Origin: Eledone cirrhosa
Taxonomy: Eukaryota
Length of the DNA: 64,000 nucleotides
Direction: 5' to 3'
Assembly (NCBI GenBank): GCA_964016885.1
Contig: OZ024742.1
Coordinates: 93,124,001-93,188,000 of the forward strand
The notes under the pieces are model-generated. The model saw only the letters and a program-made list of their open reading frames with translations, was not told where the DNA came from and did no database searches. The translations under genes were made by a program, and so were the position numbers. This document shows, piece after piece, positions 25,038 through 39,451 of the stretch (positions are counted from its first letter, which is position 1; the number at the start of each line of letters is the position of its first letter).

Positions 25038-26316
25038 ATTCCAGTTGTTCAATTAATAAAGCAGCTTGTTCATGAAGTTAACAGGCAAGTGACTGATCAC
25101 AGACACGTGTATCCTTATTGTAATTTTCTGAGAGGTTCAACATGGCATGATATGTGATGAGACCAGACCTTCGAATTACAGATGCAATCCATTTAATGGC
25201 CTGCAAACAATTTCTGTCAGCACAATTTCAGCCACAAGGATTGGGTTGACCCCAGGCTGTGTTTATTGACCCTTGTCCCAAATGCCAGTTGGATTGAACT
25301 CAGGACTTTATGATTGTGAAGCAAACTTAATCATTTGGCTATGCTGCATCCACAAACACATATTCAAATCCATATACACACACTATTTTAAGAATAATCA
25401 CACATATATGTAACCATATACAACATCAAATGCATTCCAACTGGCATATTAATGCACACACACACACACACATATGCATTTTTATACACAATAATATGAA
25501 TTCCCAAGAATTCATATACAAATACAGGTGTGCAAAAACTAACAGAAACAATTATAGATTTAGGCGCACACACACACACACAAACATGATATACACAAAC
25601 ATATCGATTCTTAGTTATACATATATATACCCAAACACAACAGTATATACATATATACACACACAATCAGAAATGCGATATATATCGTCACATGTAATAG
25701 AGGCTGAAAATAACTCAGAACTAAAATAGAAACATGCTACCTCAGACTCAATTAATTAATTTCCTGTGTAAGTTGCTGCTATTTCTAAGACCAACCTGAG
25801 GCAACATATAAAACTGACAATGATGATGATAATGGTAGGGGAGGTGGTGGTGCTGGTGGTAATGGTAGTAGTGGTGGTGGAGGTGGTCGTAAGGCTGCTG
25901 TTGTTGTTTAGTCCTAGCTAATTCTGATCACACTGACCTATCATCAAAGGTGTCCAGTTAAGACTATTGTGTTCTTTTTATTTATCGCTTAGTCAAGAGG
26001 TAGGGTAGGTATCCTCAAATCAGAGACCTGGCTCAAATGTTTGCAATAGAGTGGATTTCACTGAAGTACCCAAGTGCCAGAACGAGGCATTAAATTGGAT
26101 GTTGGATTAAGTTTACTACCCAAGATGGTAGGGTGTGGTTTGAGGAAGATATAGTTATTTCTAGCAAGTCAAGTGATCATGTAAAGGCTCTCTTGTTGGT
26201 GCAGTGGAAGTGGTGATGGTGGTTTGACAACCAAAATTGATATAGAATTATGACATAGAGTTTTGACATTCACAATTGTGACATACAGTTTTGTCAGTCA
26301 GAATTGTGTCATAGAG

Positions 26317-26826
26317 CAGCAGTCGCCAATTGCTGGTGGTTCGCAGAAATTTTGGACATTATTTGCAATTTCTATGTTTTATTAATAATAAAATTAAAAT
26401 AATTGTTTCTACTTTTGGCACAAGGCCAGCAATTACCCAGTGCATTAATGGTACTTTATTTTATCGACCCTGTAAGGATGAAAGGCAAAGTTAACCTCAG
26501 CAGGATTTGAACTCAGATCAGAAAGGGGCGTAACTCTGTGCTACAAAGCATGTTGTCCGACCCTCTACCGATACTTCCAAAATAATATTCGGTTAAAATA
26601 TTTCTCCTCAGTAAAGAAATAACATCCATGAAAGAATTTTACACATATGTATCATCTATCGACAATATGACACATGTATGCTTCAGTATTGTTTATAAAA
26701 TGGAAGTTCTCTGGACATTATTTAACAAATGTATTTATCTTTTTCAAAAAATTCCTATTAGTGGTCCGTGGGATTAAAAATCATGAATTTAGTGGTCCGT
26801 GAGATCCAAAAGGTTGGCGACTGCTA
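26317..26826. mobile_element. hAT-type non-autonomous element with a nested family A SINE (about 26401-26580, minus)
   Basis: TIRs cagcagtcgccaa / ttggcgactgcta. The 8-bp flanks tcatagag and ttacagag match at 6/8. Confidence 0.75.
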
Positions 26827-27518
26827 TTACAGAGTGTTGACAATCAGAACTATGATAGAATTTTGACAACCAGAACTGACATTTCACATAAGATTCTTGT
26901 GCCTGGTAAACTGAATATGTTTAAACTAGTTTGGCCATATGCCATACAATTCATCCAATACTACTATGTTTTTTACATTTTTGTTAGTAGAAAAAAATAA
27001 CTTAATTTAAAAAGAATATTTTAATTTTTAGAAGATGCGAAGTGCAACAGTGAATGACTACACTGAACAGACAAATCAGAAGTCAGCAGTGGTGGTGAAA
27101 TTCAAGAATCCCTGATTGCGAATAAACTGTCTATACATATAGCCATACTGAATGAAAGTCAACAGCAAAAGATGCCATAAAAATGACTCATCAATTAAAA
27201 TCCTGTCTGATTACCAGCATTTAATCACTAATATTAAAAATATCTTAATTTATAAAATATTTTAGTTTTTAAGATTTCATAAGTTTACAATAACTTAATT
27301 CTAATAGATTTTTGTTTTAACGTCTTAAATTAATAGATCTTAAATTTATTAGCTCTGAATTCTTAATAAATCTTCGTTTTTAAATATTTGTATTTTAAAA
27401 TATTCTTTTAAAATATATTAATTCTAAAATTTGAATTCTTAATTTTGAAGTATCTTTGTTTAAAAAAATTTTAATTTTTTAAATATCCTCATTTCTAAAA
27501 TAACTTGATTTTAAAATT

Positions 27519-28254
27519 ATCATCATCGTTTAACGTCCATCTTCCATGCTAGCATGGGTCTGGACGGGAATTGTCCCACTTGAGGCAAGATTGGTTGTCT
27601 TGCTCAGGACTGTCTGGCGGGTTTTCTACGGCTGGATGCCCTTCATAACACCAACCACGTTTACAGTGTGGACTGGGAGGTTTTTACCGTGTTACCTTTG
27701 GCCACATTACAGCATGGACTGTGTGTTTTTTTTGTCGTGACACCTACACGACCATGTATTTAGGACTGGATGTTGTGGTACCATCGAAAGGAGTGGTGTA
27801 GATGGCGGTGGGGGTAGGGTTAGTGGGGCGGGGGTGTATTTTGGTTAAGAGGTGCCTACTGACTGTAGGTTTCGCTTTGTACTTAGGCAAGGCGGGTCTT
27901 CTGTATGACTACGTAGCGCCAAAGATCTCGGTCCAGTGACATTGTCTTGGAGAGGTGTAAGTGTGTGAGGTTGGATTTTATCAAGTTGTCCCAGGTTTTT
28001 CTGGGTCTGCCTACTCCGTAGCTACCGTCTATTTTGATTGCCCTGCACTTTTTTATACAGATGTCATCTTTCATGTGCATCACGTGACCATACCAACGAA
28101 GTCTTCTCTCGAGTAAACAGCATCTGATCCCTCTTATTCCTAATTTCTCAGTTAGTTCATTTATGCTTTGCCGTTTGCGTATATTACTATTACACATCCA
28201 ACGGAGCATGCAAGCTTCATTCCTCTCCAGTCTGCATAGATCCTCTGCACACAA
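27519..28254 (-). mobile_element. RTE-A 3' fragment
   Basis: ORF 27883-28254 is homologous to the other copies and is followed by the UTR and tail. Confidence 0.95.
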
Positions 28255-30194
28255 ATGTATTTTTATATTAATATATCTTTATTTTGATATAATCTTTATT
28301 TTTTAATATTTTTATTTTAGAATATCTACATTTTAAATTATCTTAATGTTTTTAATATCTCAATTTTAAACTAGATTCCTTTATGAATTTCAAATTTAAT
28401 TTGAAGAAATAGTTTCAATATAGTTTACATTAGAATCTTATTTAACAAATAGAATTATCAGTGCTGGATACTGTATCAATTTTAGCTCCATTATAAAAAT
28501 TATATTATGCACAAGATTGGGCTATTTGGCAAAAGTTCATAAAAGCCATATGCCTCCCATGGGTCAAAAATGAGAAAAAGACACATACACACATACAGGC
28601 ACTCAATACTGTTGAGGAAAATGTTTTGGAGAGCATTCTGCATTCTAAATACGCATATGACAGGGTCTGATAAATGAAAAACTAATTAATTGAAATGAAC
28701 TATGCAATTAGTAAAGTGAAACACCTCATTATATCTAAAATCTGAATACAACAAAGGAGATAATTTCAATAAAATTAACCAATATTAGGCAATATTAGGA
28801 CAACATGATCATCCTCAAATATAACCAATTGGAATTTTTAGAAAATAAATGTGTTGCACATGGGAGTAGATCTTGTCACCAGCAGGGTCACTTTACAGGA
28901 TGTTGTTGCAGTACCAGATAACCATAGAGGGTGAACTAAGAACGTTTTTTGTCATAAGAGCAGCGTTGTGGAAGAGCAGATGCAGAGTGTGTCCAGCTTT
29001 CCATACTTGTATGCATGGGTTTAACAGGACAGGAGAGGTGCATCAGGAGTGTTGAAGGTGGGAAGGGGACCAAGTATAGAAGTTGAACATAGATGAGGTG
29101 ATTGGTATATATAGCTGTTGAGGGTAGAGTATTAAGACTGGGGAGGGGTAGGGGAAAGATGGGGGCAGACTAGTGACCTCAACATTTTTATTTCATTCTG
29201 TGCACATGTATATGCTTTATATACACACATCTATATGCACATATTTATATACGCATATGTATATATATATATGTATATAGATAGGTAGATAGCTATTTTT
29301 CCTTTTCCCTCTTTGCATACACATATTCACATATACATAATATCCTGCAATGGTATACCCTTAACATGTTCATATGTCTTCTGTCTTCCACTTTCTTTAC
29401 CAACCTTACCTTCACTATCTTATTATATCCTCATCTTCCTTATCATTAAAAGTTTTATGTCCATATATTTCCATGCCAACATGGAGATATAAATTTATGT
29501 GACAGCCATCCTCTCAATGCTGCAACTAGCTATATCGTACTGTGGAACAGCAATCAGTTCATATGAAGCCAACTAAAAGATGTGTTTAATAAAAGTTTTC
29601 AACAATGAGGTGTTGCCCTATTTTAATGCCATAGCTGAAATTGTCAACTAACTGTGAACCAATGTATGTCTTTCATGTTTCTTCTGTATCTTCATATCGA
29701 ATTTGAAGATAGCATAAATTCTTTTAGAGGCAGTTAGATTGCTGTCCTTAAGTCCAGTTTAATAACCTAGGCTGTTTACTTTCGAGACATTAATTCCATC
29801 AGTGGAATCTCTCTCGATTATCTTCAATGAATAAATGAACGGTGGGATATTGCTTTCTTCATTGTATGTAATACAGTGAATCAAACATTGGAGCTAAAAC
29901 CTTCATAAATCATTCTGTAAATGGTAGATAGTTTGAGTTAGGCTTGCAGTAACGGCACTCATTTCTTGGCTGCTGTCCACATAAACTTACTGTGATTACT
30001 TCGCTTACTTCACTCCTCTGTCAGATTACTTGGATCTTAATCTATGCATTCAACACACTTTATCTGTGTATCTGTATCTTTATTACTGATTTCACAGATG
30101 AATGCAAAGGGAAGAGGTAATATTTGTTGTTGTTGTTGCTGCTGCCATTACCATTAGGGGTTGTTGTGTAGTTGTATAGTCAACTTTGTGAAGA

Positions 30195-30330
30195 TGCATG
30201 GCCTTGTGGTTAGGTTGTTTGGTTCCTGATTATAAAATCATGTGTTTGATTTCCATCGGTGCATTGTGTTCTTGCACAAAACACTTTATCTCGTCTTGCT
30301 CCAGTTTACTCAGCTGGAAAATAACAAGTT
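30195..30330 (+). mobile_element. Decayed CORE-like SINE head
   Basis: tggccttgtggttagg..tgtgttcttgcacaaaacactttatc..tgctccagtttactcagctggaaaat. Confidence 0.6.
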
Positions 30331-31325
30331 GTGTCTGTAACTCTAAGGGCCAGTCATGTCGCATACTGTGTCATTCTGAATCTCGTGGAGAAATATGTTA
30401 TGGTGTACATGTGTCAGTGGAATGTCCAGCCACTAGCATGTCAATCTTATGATCAGGCTGTTACATTGATCACACAATTGGAACACTCATTGTCTGAAAT
30501 GATGGAGATCCAACACACAGATACAGTCACTTTTGTGGAGCAGGCTGATGACACTAATATAAATTGATCAAATCCCTAGGAGCAATATATTGCACAACGC
30601 ATAGGTATGCTATGCATTGATTCAGTATATCTATTTATTAACAAAGTGTTAACAAAGCTTGAAAAATTGTGGAATAAGAAATACAAATTTAACTGTTACT
30701 GTTTCCAGAGCCCCTAAGACCTGTGGGATGGGGAAATGTATTATTAAGAAGAGATATATTCTAAATGCTTGCAACAGAGTGGACTCTGCTAAAAGCAACC
30801 ACAGACTAGGCGAAATTATTAAACCTGTTATCAGATTAATTTCATAATGCTAGCATAACCTCTAGTGTATAAACACACTAAATCTGTCATGTCTTGTGAT
30901 ATTTTCTCTCTTGGTTAAAACTGAGCAGCCACAGAAAATGTGGTTAATTGTTTTTCTCAACCTCCACATATTCTACAGTTATTTAATATTTTCTGCTTCA
31001 TTACATGCTTTTAGTGGTTTCTGATGAAAAGGCTTTTATCATGTACTGCAATCAAGAATCCTTTAGTTTCACTTTTGAGTTCTTTGCTTCTCACCATATG
31101 TTTTTTTTTCTTTTTCCAACAAATGTCAACTAATGTCTCATTCGGTAATTAAAATTTAGATTTAAAAATTGAACTGTAAATAAAAGATTTTTTAGCTGAA
31201 TATTTCAGCTGCTGTTGTGTAATGTCTCTTCTATTGTTTTAGTGATAAAGTAGGTTTATATAAAAAAGAAATTTGTTGGGTGATGATGTTTACATCTGAT
31301 AGAGAGTCAGTAATGTTGGGCAGAG

Positions 31326-31525
31326 TTAACCCTTTAGCCTTTAAATCAGCCATATCTGGCTAGAATTCTCTCAGCTCTTTCTGTTCAAACCAGTTGTAAC
31401 TGGCTGCTCATACTGATGTTTAGGTATTCTTCTCAAAATAAATATCAAATCTCATAGATTCGATATTATGTGAGATAAAGCCTTTACCATCAAAATATAA
31501 TAGTAAATATAGAGTAAAGGGTTAA
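31326..31525 (+). mobile_element. piggyBac-type MITE
   Basis: TTAA-CCCTTTA ... TAAAGGG-TTAA; the interior is homologous to 38990, 52153 and 18873. Confidence 0.8.
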
Positions 31526-33555
31526 TGATGTGGTAGTAAGACTAATCCAGAATACTTCACAGTTACTTCAGTATCTCTATGAGGGATTTGTGATATTTGG
31601 AGGGAAGTCAAGCATATAAGAGACATTGATAAAGTATCAATAATGTGGAACAGCAGAGTATATGATGTCACAAATAGATTAACACAGGATATTTCATAGT
31701 TAGTTCAGTGAAACTGTATATGACATAGTGAAGATATGAAGGACTGGTGTTTCATGGAGAGATGTCAAGTTAAGAAGAGGCACTGGATTGTCAGTATAGT
31801 ATTGTTGGGTAGCAGAATTAATGGAATTGGAGTAAAACTGACACAGAACATTCCACACTTAGTTCAAGAACACTGTATGATAATAAATATCTGATGACTT
31901 GTGGTACAGGGAGAGATATCAGATTAATAAGAAATACTGGAGTGCCAGTACTACTGCATAGCAGAGTTAATTGTATTGAAACAAGCATGACAGGACATTA
32001 TACACTAAGATTTACACCTTGCATAGGACACCATGGAAATATGAGGGCCTTATGATACATGGTAAAATGTCATGTTAATGAGAGATTTTGAAACTTTGAT
32101 TTACTGTGTATTATCTAATTACAGTTAACTTTTCAAAAATTCTAGAGGTCATTGAAACTGAAGCTATTATTCTCAGACCTCTTAATGAAGTTAGGATGGT
32201 TATCTAGACACTTAGTGCTGCAGGCAATAATATAAAAAATTATCAGACACTGAGTACATACTTTGAAGCAGATAAGTCAAATAACCTTCTGGCTAAATAT
32301 TATCACAATTAATTGATAAATATCACATACAAAGTAACTTTACAGGTTTTAACTGATGTCTTTGAAGAACTGACTTTCCTGTGTTAGATTGTGCAATAGA
32401 GTGGCCAGACAGCAATTGATTCATTTCTATTTGTGTGAGACAACATTAACAAGATAAGAAAGCAGTATCTGCCACATGGAGTAGCAAAGTTAAAGTTATG
32501 TTAAGCCAATAACATAACAAAAATGTAACAGTAGATACAAGTTCAATGTTGACTTATATAAATCATCATTATGCTAACTTTAAAGAAAGGTTTCCCTGAA
32601 GATGAGATACTAGAATTGTTAAAAATTGATTTCACTATATCTATATCACCATCATCATTTTAACATTCGCTTTCCCTGCTAGCAAGGGTTGGACAGGTCT
32701 ATATAGACCACATCAGCACTGAAGCAGTGGCTACTGATCTCCCAGACAATCTAGGGATCTGTCGTCTCGCTTATGTATGGTCTCACATTCTACCGAGTGC
32801 ACCGGGGAGGTTGTCATGCCTTTGACACAAATGATGATCCTCCCAACCCTTTGTTTGGAAAATTTCTATGGCTGGATGTTCTTTCCATCACCAACCATTT
32901 TACAACACCATGTAGGGAGGCTGTCATGTTTTGTCATGACTGAGGGGTCCTCCACATTTGGATTGTTAATATCCTATGTATTATGTATTTCTAGTTGAAA
33001 ATATTACAACAATGAAATACATATATGCACAGATACAGTAAAAGAATTTAACTATCTTGTTACTACATTTCTTACTAAAATACACACTTATATGCTTCAA
33101 TTAAATTATGAAATAAGCAAACATTTATACTGGTTCTGTAAAACAACTAATACGTTTTTAAAGGAAGCACAATAACATATTTCAAGGGATTTTAGCAAAG
33201 CAAACATTTTTGAATTTTAAAGCTTATATTTTGTTTTGTTTAAATAGAAGTTTATTAAAATTCAATAACTTTTCTTTGGATAAAGTTTCTAAACATCTAT
33301 AAGCCTAGAGGAACTTTGATAAGTATATTTTATTAGAATTCCTAAAACTGTATATAACATACTTCCTTTTTATACAAAACTGCCTGAAACTGTCCACGTT
33401 TCTGTAATACAAAACTGCTTACTTTAGAATATTTATATCTATTTAAAAACCTCCATCACAATATAAACTATAATAAAGTAAGGAGGGCAGGACTGCGTCC
33501 AGAATATTTTTTTATCTCGTTTGTAAAATAAATTGGATTACTTTGAATAAATAAT

Positions 33556-33730
33556 TGTTTCTACTTTTGGCACAAGGCCAGCAATTACTGGTACTTTATT
33601 GTATCGACCCCGTAAGGATGAAAGGCAAAGTTAACCTCGGTGGGATTTGAACTCAGATCATAAAGAGACGTAACTCTATGCTTCAAAGCATGGTGTCCGA
33701 CTCTCTACCGATACTGCCAATCCACCGCCT
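33556..33730 (-). mobile_element. tRNA-SINE family A with TSD
   Basis: Full head and body. An 18-bp direct repeat ttactttgaataaataat lies at 33538-33555 and 33733-33750. Confidence 0.9.
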
Positions 33731-33981
33731 TCTTACTTTGAATAAATAATGAATGAATATTACATAATTTATCTACTAAATTTCGTTATTCTTGATTAAA
33801 TATAAATAATTTTGTGGCTTATTTTAAGATTCACTTCTTTAAAATTTTCAAATGTCAACATTTCCGGTTAGCGATTGTTTAAATAAACATTCATATATTT
33901 CCATCACTAATTTTCTCCTGATTACATAAGACAATGTAACGCAGTCTTCATTCAATTTCTGTGTATATTGTCAATTATTGA

Positions 33982-34328
33982 TGGAGGCACATGGCTTAGT
34001 GGTTAGAGCATTGGCCTTGCAATCGAAAGGTTGTGAGTTCAATTCTCAGACCAGGTGATATGTTGTTTCCTTGAGCAAGACACTTTATTTCACATTGCTC
34101 CAGTTTACTCAGCTGTAGAAATGAGATGATAGGGACTGGGGTCCATCTCATTCCACTGCAAAGTGGTCGTGGAGGTGCCACGGCAAAAAAGCACCCAGCA
34201 CTCACTGTAAATGAGGTTGGTGTTAGGAAGGGTATCCAGCTGTAGAAATCAAGCCAGAATCAGTTCCCGTCCCACCCTTGCAAGCAGGGAAAAGTGGACG
34301 TAAAATGAAATGATGATGATGATGATGT
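33982..34328 (+). mobile_element. tRNA-SINE family B (CORE-like, RTE tail)
   Basis: Close match to 10941-11326, lacking one internal repeat unit. Confidence 0.9.
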
Positions 34329-34950
34329 ATCATATCTACATGCTTATATATACTTGCGTATAATATCAATATACACACTACACATGGTAGCAGAAAACCA
34401 CCCGATGGGTGGTTTTTCTGCTAGTTTTATGTAAGAATCTTTGTTAAGTTATGATCCAAACCCCAGCTTAATAAAGAAAAAATATATTATTAAATCCCGT
34501 CAAATTCTAAATTATATTTAAAAAGATTTGAAAATCATAGAGTTTCTTTCACTAGACATATGACAGTGAAAGGATTAAAACTTGCTAATATAATTTTATT
34601 AGCAATAATTAATAGATTATGCTAAAATTAATCTTGAAATAATTTAAACATATTTGCACAAGTTTTCTGTGCATATATACATACTTCTTTTGTATGGGTG
34701 GGTCCTTGTTGCCAATAAAAAAAGGATTACCATTATTATAGGTGCAGCATGGCTGAATGGCTTAGACATTTACTTCAAAAACATGAAGCTCTGGGTTTGA
34801 TTGCACTGCATAGTATGTAAATGACTGGGTATTCCAAGGATTTTCATGAATTTTAGTATGAAACTATGTGTGACACGATAAGTCCTTTCGGTTTATACAT
34901 ACAGGCAATGTAATGGGCTTCTAAACAGTTTTTATCTAACCAGTTTATCT

Positions 34951-35385
34951 AACCATCTGCGACGTCTGGCAACTGACTTGGTAAACATCCACAAAATTAT
35001 TAACCATCTTGCCAACAACAACCCTGAGCAACTTTTTTAATTCCATGTGTCTAACACCCGTGGGCATGCCTAGAAAGTCAGAAAACAGCACAGCCCCCAT
35101 AACTTTCAGAAACATTTTTTCCGTGCTTAGAGTGCTGAAGCATGGAACAAACTACTTGCATCAGTTGTTAGCTGCTGGGACACTGTATCCTTTAAAACCT
35201 CCATGCTTCCTGAAATTTACCAACATTACACCTGATATTCCCTCTCCATACACACGCACACATGTATATCATGACTTATACACTGTTCACTTTCCTGACA
35301 TTTGTACATTAATTTATGTACTATACATGTACCTTTGATGAGTTGTAGTGCACCTGAGCACTGTATACAATCATTTCATTATTAT
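34951..35385 (+). mobile_element. CR1/L2-group LINE 3' fragment
   Basis: Translation RRLATDLVNIHKII..NTRGH..HFF..AWNKL..SVV..SFK. Its 3' end cctgagcactgtatacaat recurs at about 398-445. Confidence 0.8.
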
Positions 35386-35979
35386 ATTTTTATAAAAAGT
35401 TTGGGTTAACCTGAAGCTATGGAAACTGCCATTTCCCCAAGATGCCAAGAAGTGGAATCAAACCTAGGACTTTAGGATTGCCAAGCAAACTTACAAACCA
35501 GTCAGCTATACAGTGTCCACTAGCTTTCATTATATAATCTGTTGCATGGGAAAACGGATGTAAAATGATGATGATAATGATATACAGAACAAAAGTGGAG
35601 AGAAGTGTTTGAACATAAAATTGAATCTAGCTAAACTTTCTTAATTTGGTTGAGGAATTACAGCTTATCTAAGGTATCAACCACATAAGTGTGTGCATAT
35701 GCAGGGGAATATGTGTATGTATGTGTGTGCCTGTATCTTTGTGTGCTTGTGTGTGTGTATGCCTGTATATATATAGTAGTTATATATATATATATATATA
35801 TAGTAGTTATCATCATCATTTTATTTTTACGTCCGCTTTTCCCTGCTTGCAAGTGTTATATATATAACCCATGCTAGCGTGGAAAGTGGACGTTAAACGA
35901 GGATGATGATGATGATGATGATAGTAATAATAATAAATTTGAAGACGATTCTTTGCTTAAACTTTAATCTGTTATTTTA

Positions 35980-36047
<68 letters not shown>

Positions 36048-36283
36048 ATTATATAACTACTATGTATGTGTGTGTGTATTTCTGTGTATGCTTGTGTGTA
36101 GGTATAAGTAAATACTTTAGACCCAGATATATAATAAACACCGAATGATGGAATGTCATGATGTAATTCTAATTTCTGATTGAAGACATTTCTTTTCCAT
36201 TATATTACTGATGGCTCTTTGGTTAAAACATACATGTCATAATGTCACATTGTCTGTTTGTCTATCTATATGTCTGAATATAT

Positions 36284-37577
36284 ATCATCATCATCATCAT
36301 CGTTTAACGTCCATGTTCCACGCTTGCATGGGTTTGGACGGGAGTTTTCCTACTTGAAGCAAGAGTGGTTGTCTTGCTCGCATAGGACTGTCTGGCGGGT
36401 TTTCTACAGCTGGATGCCCTTCCTAACACCAACCACATTTACAGTGTGGGCTGGGAGGTTTTTACCGGGTTGCCTACACGGCCACATTACAGCGTGGACT
36501 GTGTGTTTTTTTGTCGTGACACCTACACGATCTCATTTGTTTCGGCCTGGATGTTGTGGCACCAACATAACTTTACATTGAAAGGGGTGGTGTGGATGGG
36601 GTGGGGGTGGTGGGACGGGGGTGTATTTTGTTAGAGATGCCTACTGACTGTAGTTGGTTTTACTTTGTATTTAGGTAAGGCGGGTCTTCTCTATTACTGA
36701 GTACCGCCAAAGATCTCGGTCCAGTGATATTGCCTTGGAGAGGTGTAAGTGTGTGAGGTCGGAGTTTATCAGGTCGTCCCAGGTTTTTCTGGGTCTGCCT
36801 ACTCCGTGGCTACCGTCTATCTTTATTGCCCTGCACTTTTTTATACAGCTGTCGTCTTTCATGCGCATCACGTGACCATACCAATGTAGCCTTCTCTCGA
36901 GTAAACAACATCTGACCCCTCTTATTTCTAATTTTTCCCTTAGTTCGTTTATGCTTTGCCGTTCACGTATATTACTATTACACATCCAGCGGAGCATGCA
37001 AGCTTCGTTCCTCTCTAGTCTGCGTATATCCTCTGCACACAATGTCCAGGTCTCACTGCCATGCAACATTGCTGTTCGTATGCAGGCATCATAGAGCCTG
37101 CCTTTCATTTTTAGGGAGAACCCTTTAGCGGCTAATAGTGGTATAAGCTCTCTGAACTTTTTCCATCCAGTTCTGACTCTAGCTACTGTACTTTCAGAGC
37201 ACCCTCCCCCACTGCTGATTTTGTCACCCAGGTAACGGAAGCTGTCCACTATTTCTATAGAACCCTCTGCGAAATTGAAAGAGCTAGTATTTTGTGGGCA
37301 CTTGCTGCTACTTATTGCACCAGAGCACCGGCCACATGTAAAATCTATGTTCTTAGTTAGCTTACCTGTGATCCCACTACATCTTTTATGCACGCATACT
37401 TTGCATTGGGACATAAAATGGAGTTTCTACCTATGCCTTTCCTACACACTGAGCATGGCCATTTCCCGGAAGGGACCGGCGCCTTATTTTCTTTCCTACA
37501 AACTAGAACTTTAGTCTTAGCCAGGTTAATTTTAAGGCCTTTTGATTCTAGGCCGTGTTTCCATGTTTGGAATTTCT
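36284..37577 (-). mobile_element. RTE-A, 5'-truncated
   Basis: ORF 36671-37414 plus an upstream frameshifted piece, UTR and (GAT)n tail. Confidence 0.95.
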
Positions 37578-37954
37578 GTGGTGATTTATGCAGGGTAGTG
37601 GGTATCCTAATTTAAAGCTATGTTGTGTTGGTTCGATTCACGGAGGTTTGAATCTTATGAATTTAGTGGCAGAAATATACTCATTTAGTACACTCTAGCC
37701 TTCACAAGTCTATACCACACAAATGTCTGTAAGTACCTCATCAACCCACAAACTTATTCCTTCTCAGCTGCTGCCATCATTTGATCCTAAATCCAAGTTT
37801 TTCTCAAATCACTACTACAATGTAACTTTACCTTCCTTTTGCCATAATTACAATTAGCACGCTTATCTCTTTGCATGTATGTATATTTTTGTACGAGTGT
37901 ATATTGATGTGTATGTATGTGTTATGTACACATGCATGTGTATATATATATATA

Positions 37955-37987
<33 letters not shown>

Positions 37988-38364
37988 TTAAATATATGTG
38001 TATATTACCTCCTTAACCTCTGTATTAACTCGCCCACTATTTAGCTTTGACAGTGTTGTCCCACTCATGTATGTTATTGAAGATGAAAAGAAAGACTGTA
38101 AACACCGGCTTATCTTTAAAATTTAAAATTGATACACACTACGATACTCTGTACATGCCAAACTTTTACTTCTGCTTCATGTCAGCTAGTTTTACACGCC
38201 GGAATCTTAGATACACTATACCCCCCACCTAAGTAATGTCAGGGTCTCCTCAAATAATTTATTAATAACATTGTTGTAATTGTTGTTATTGTTCTAACTG
38301 AATGCCATTACTACTTCATATAGTAGCCTGTATATTCTTTTCTTGCCTGTATATTTTCTTCATT

Positions 38365-38483
38365 CTCGCATGCTCCGAAGAACTGACTGGTTATAATTTT
38401 GTATTGGCGATCGAGTAACATGAAAACAAGCGAATAGCGATCTCTAGACCTACCAGTTCAGAGAAACAATTGTCAGCTATGAG
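38365..38483 (+). ncRNA. Type I hammerhead motif with U4C core variant and about 80-nt helix II
   Basis: ctcgcatgct CCGAAGA a ctgactggt..accagttcag a GAAA CAATTG TC agctatgag. ACAATTGT is a perfect palindrome; GUC triplet. Confidence 0.65.
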
Positions 38484-38652
38484 ATTAAAAACCTTTTTTG
38501 TATAGCAAACCATGTCAACCTTCTTTCCTGATTTATATATATATATGTGTATGTGTGTGTTATATATATATATATATATATATGTGTGCGTGTGTGTTAT
38601 ATAAATATATATATATATGTGGTGTGTGTTATATATATGTGTGTGTGTGTGT

Positions 38653-38683
<31 letters not shown>

Positions 38684-38989
38684 TATCTATATATAAGTGT
38701 GTGTGTATATATATATATATATGCATAAAAATGTATATATATGTGTATGTGCATATATCCCTGTATGTGTGTGTATGTGCCTGTATCCCTGCATGTGTGT
38801 GCGTATATAAATATATCCCTGTATGTATATATGTATGTGTATGTGTGTGTAAATGTGTGTGTGACAATCATAATACAATCAAATAAACAGGCAAACTAAT
38901 GTCCTGGAAACTGTTGCTTGAACAGTATTTCTATAATGTACAATGTCTGTCTAGTTAAAGTGTTGGACTATTGACTATAGAGCAATAGT

Positions 38990-39217
38990 TTAAACTTTTA
39001 GCATTTAAACCAGCTGTATCCATCTAGAATTCTCCTACCTCTTTCTGTTCAAGCCGGCTATAACTGGCTGCTCATACTGATGTTAAGGTATCGTTCTCAA
39101 AATAAATAATATCAAAATTTCATAGATTCAATATTATGTGAGTTAATTATGTGAAATAAATTGTTTACGATGCAAATATAATAGTAAATATAACGTAACT
39201 AAATGCTAAAGGGTTAA
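38990..39217 (+). mobile_element. piggyBac-type MITE
   Basis: TTAA flanks, ttttagcattta / taaatgctaaaggg termini, homologous to 31326. Confidence 0.8.
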
Positions 39218-39250
39218 ATACCTTACTACAACAATTATATTTCTATAAAG

Positions 39251-39451
39251 TATGTGGTGGGCTGAAAAGTTCATAGGTTGACTATGAAGGAGTGATGCTA
39301 GAGTTGTGAAATCTTGCATGCATAAATTTGAATTCTTCTTATTAATAACTGCATTGTTTCTTTCCAGGGACTTTGTTGAAAACTATACCTCATTTAGTAA
39401 TCCCATGAGAGTATCTTGGTAAGCCTATGAACTTTTCAACTGACCCTCGTG
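39251..39451. mobile_element. Mariner-derived MITE, decayed
   Basis: Inverted ends gctgaaaagttcatagg / cctatgaacttttcaactgaccctcgt resemble the CGAGG..GAAAAGTTC mariner TIR at 3814. Confidence 0.7.

Noticed and set aside
30098-30116. Candidate 19-nt host micro-exon (ctgat..ttcacag / gtaata)
   Set aside because: Splice-like signals alone are common by chance; it needs RNA-seq support.
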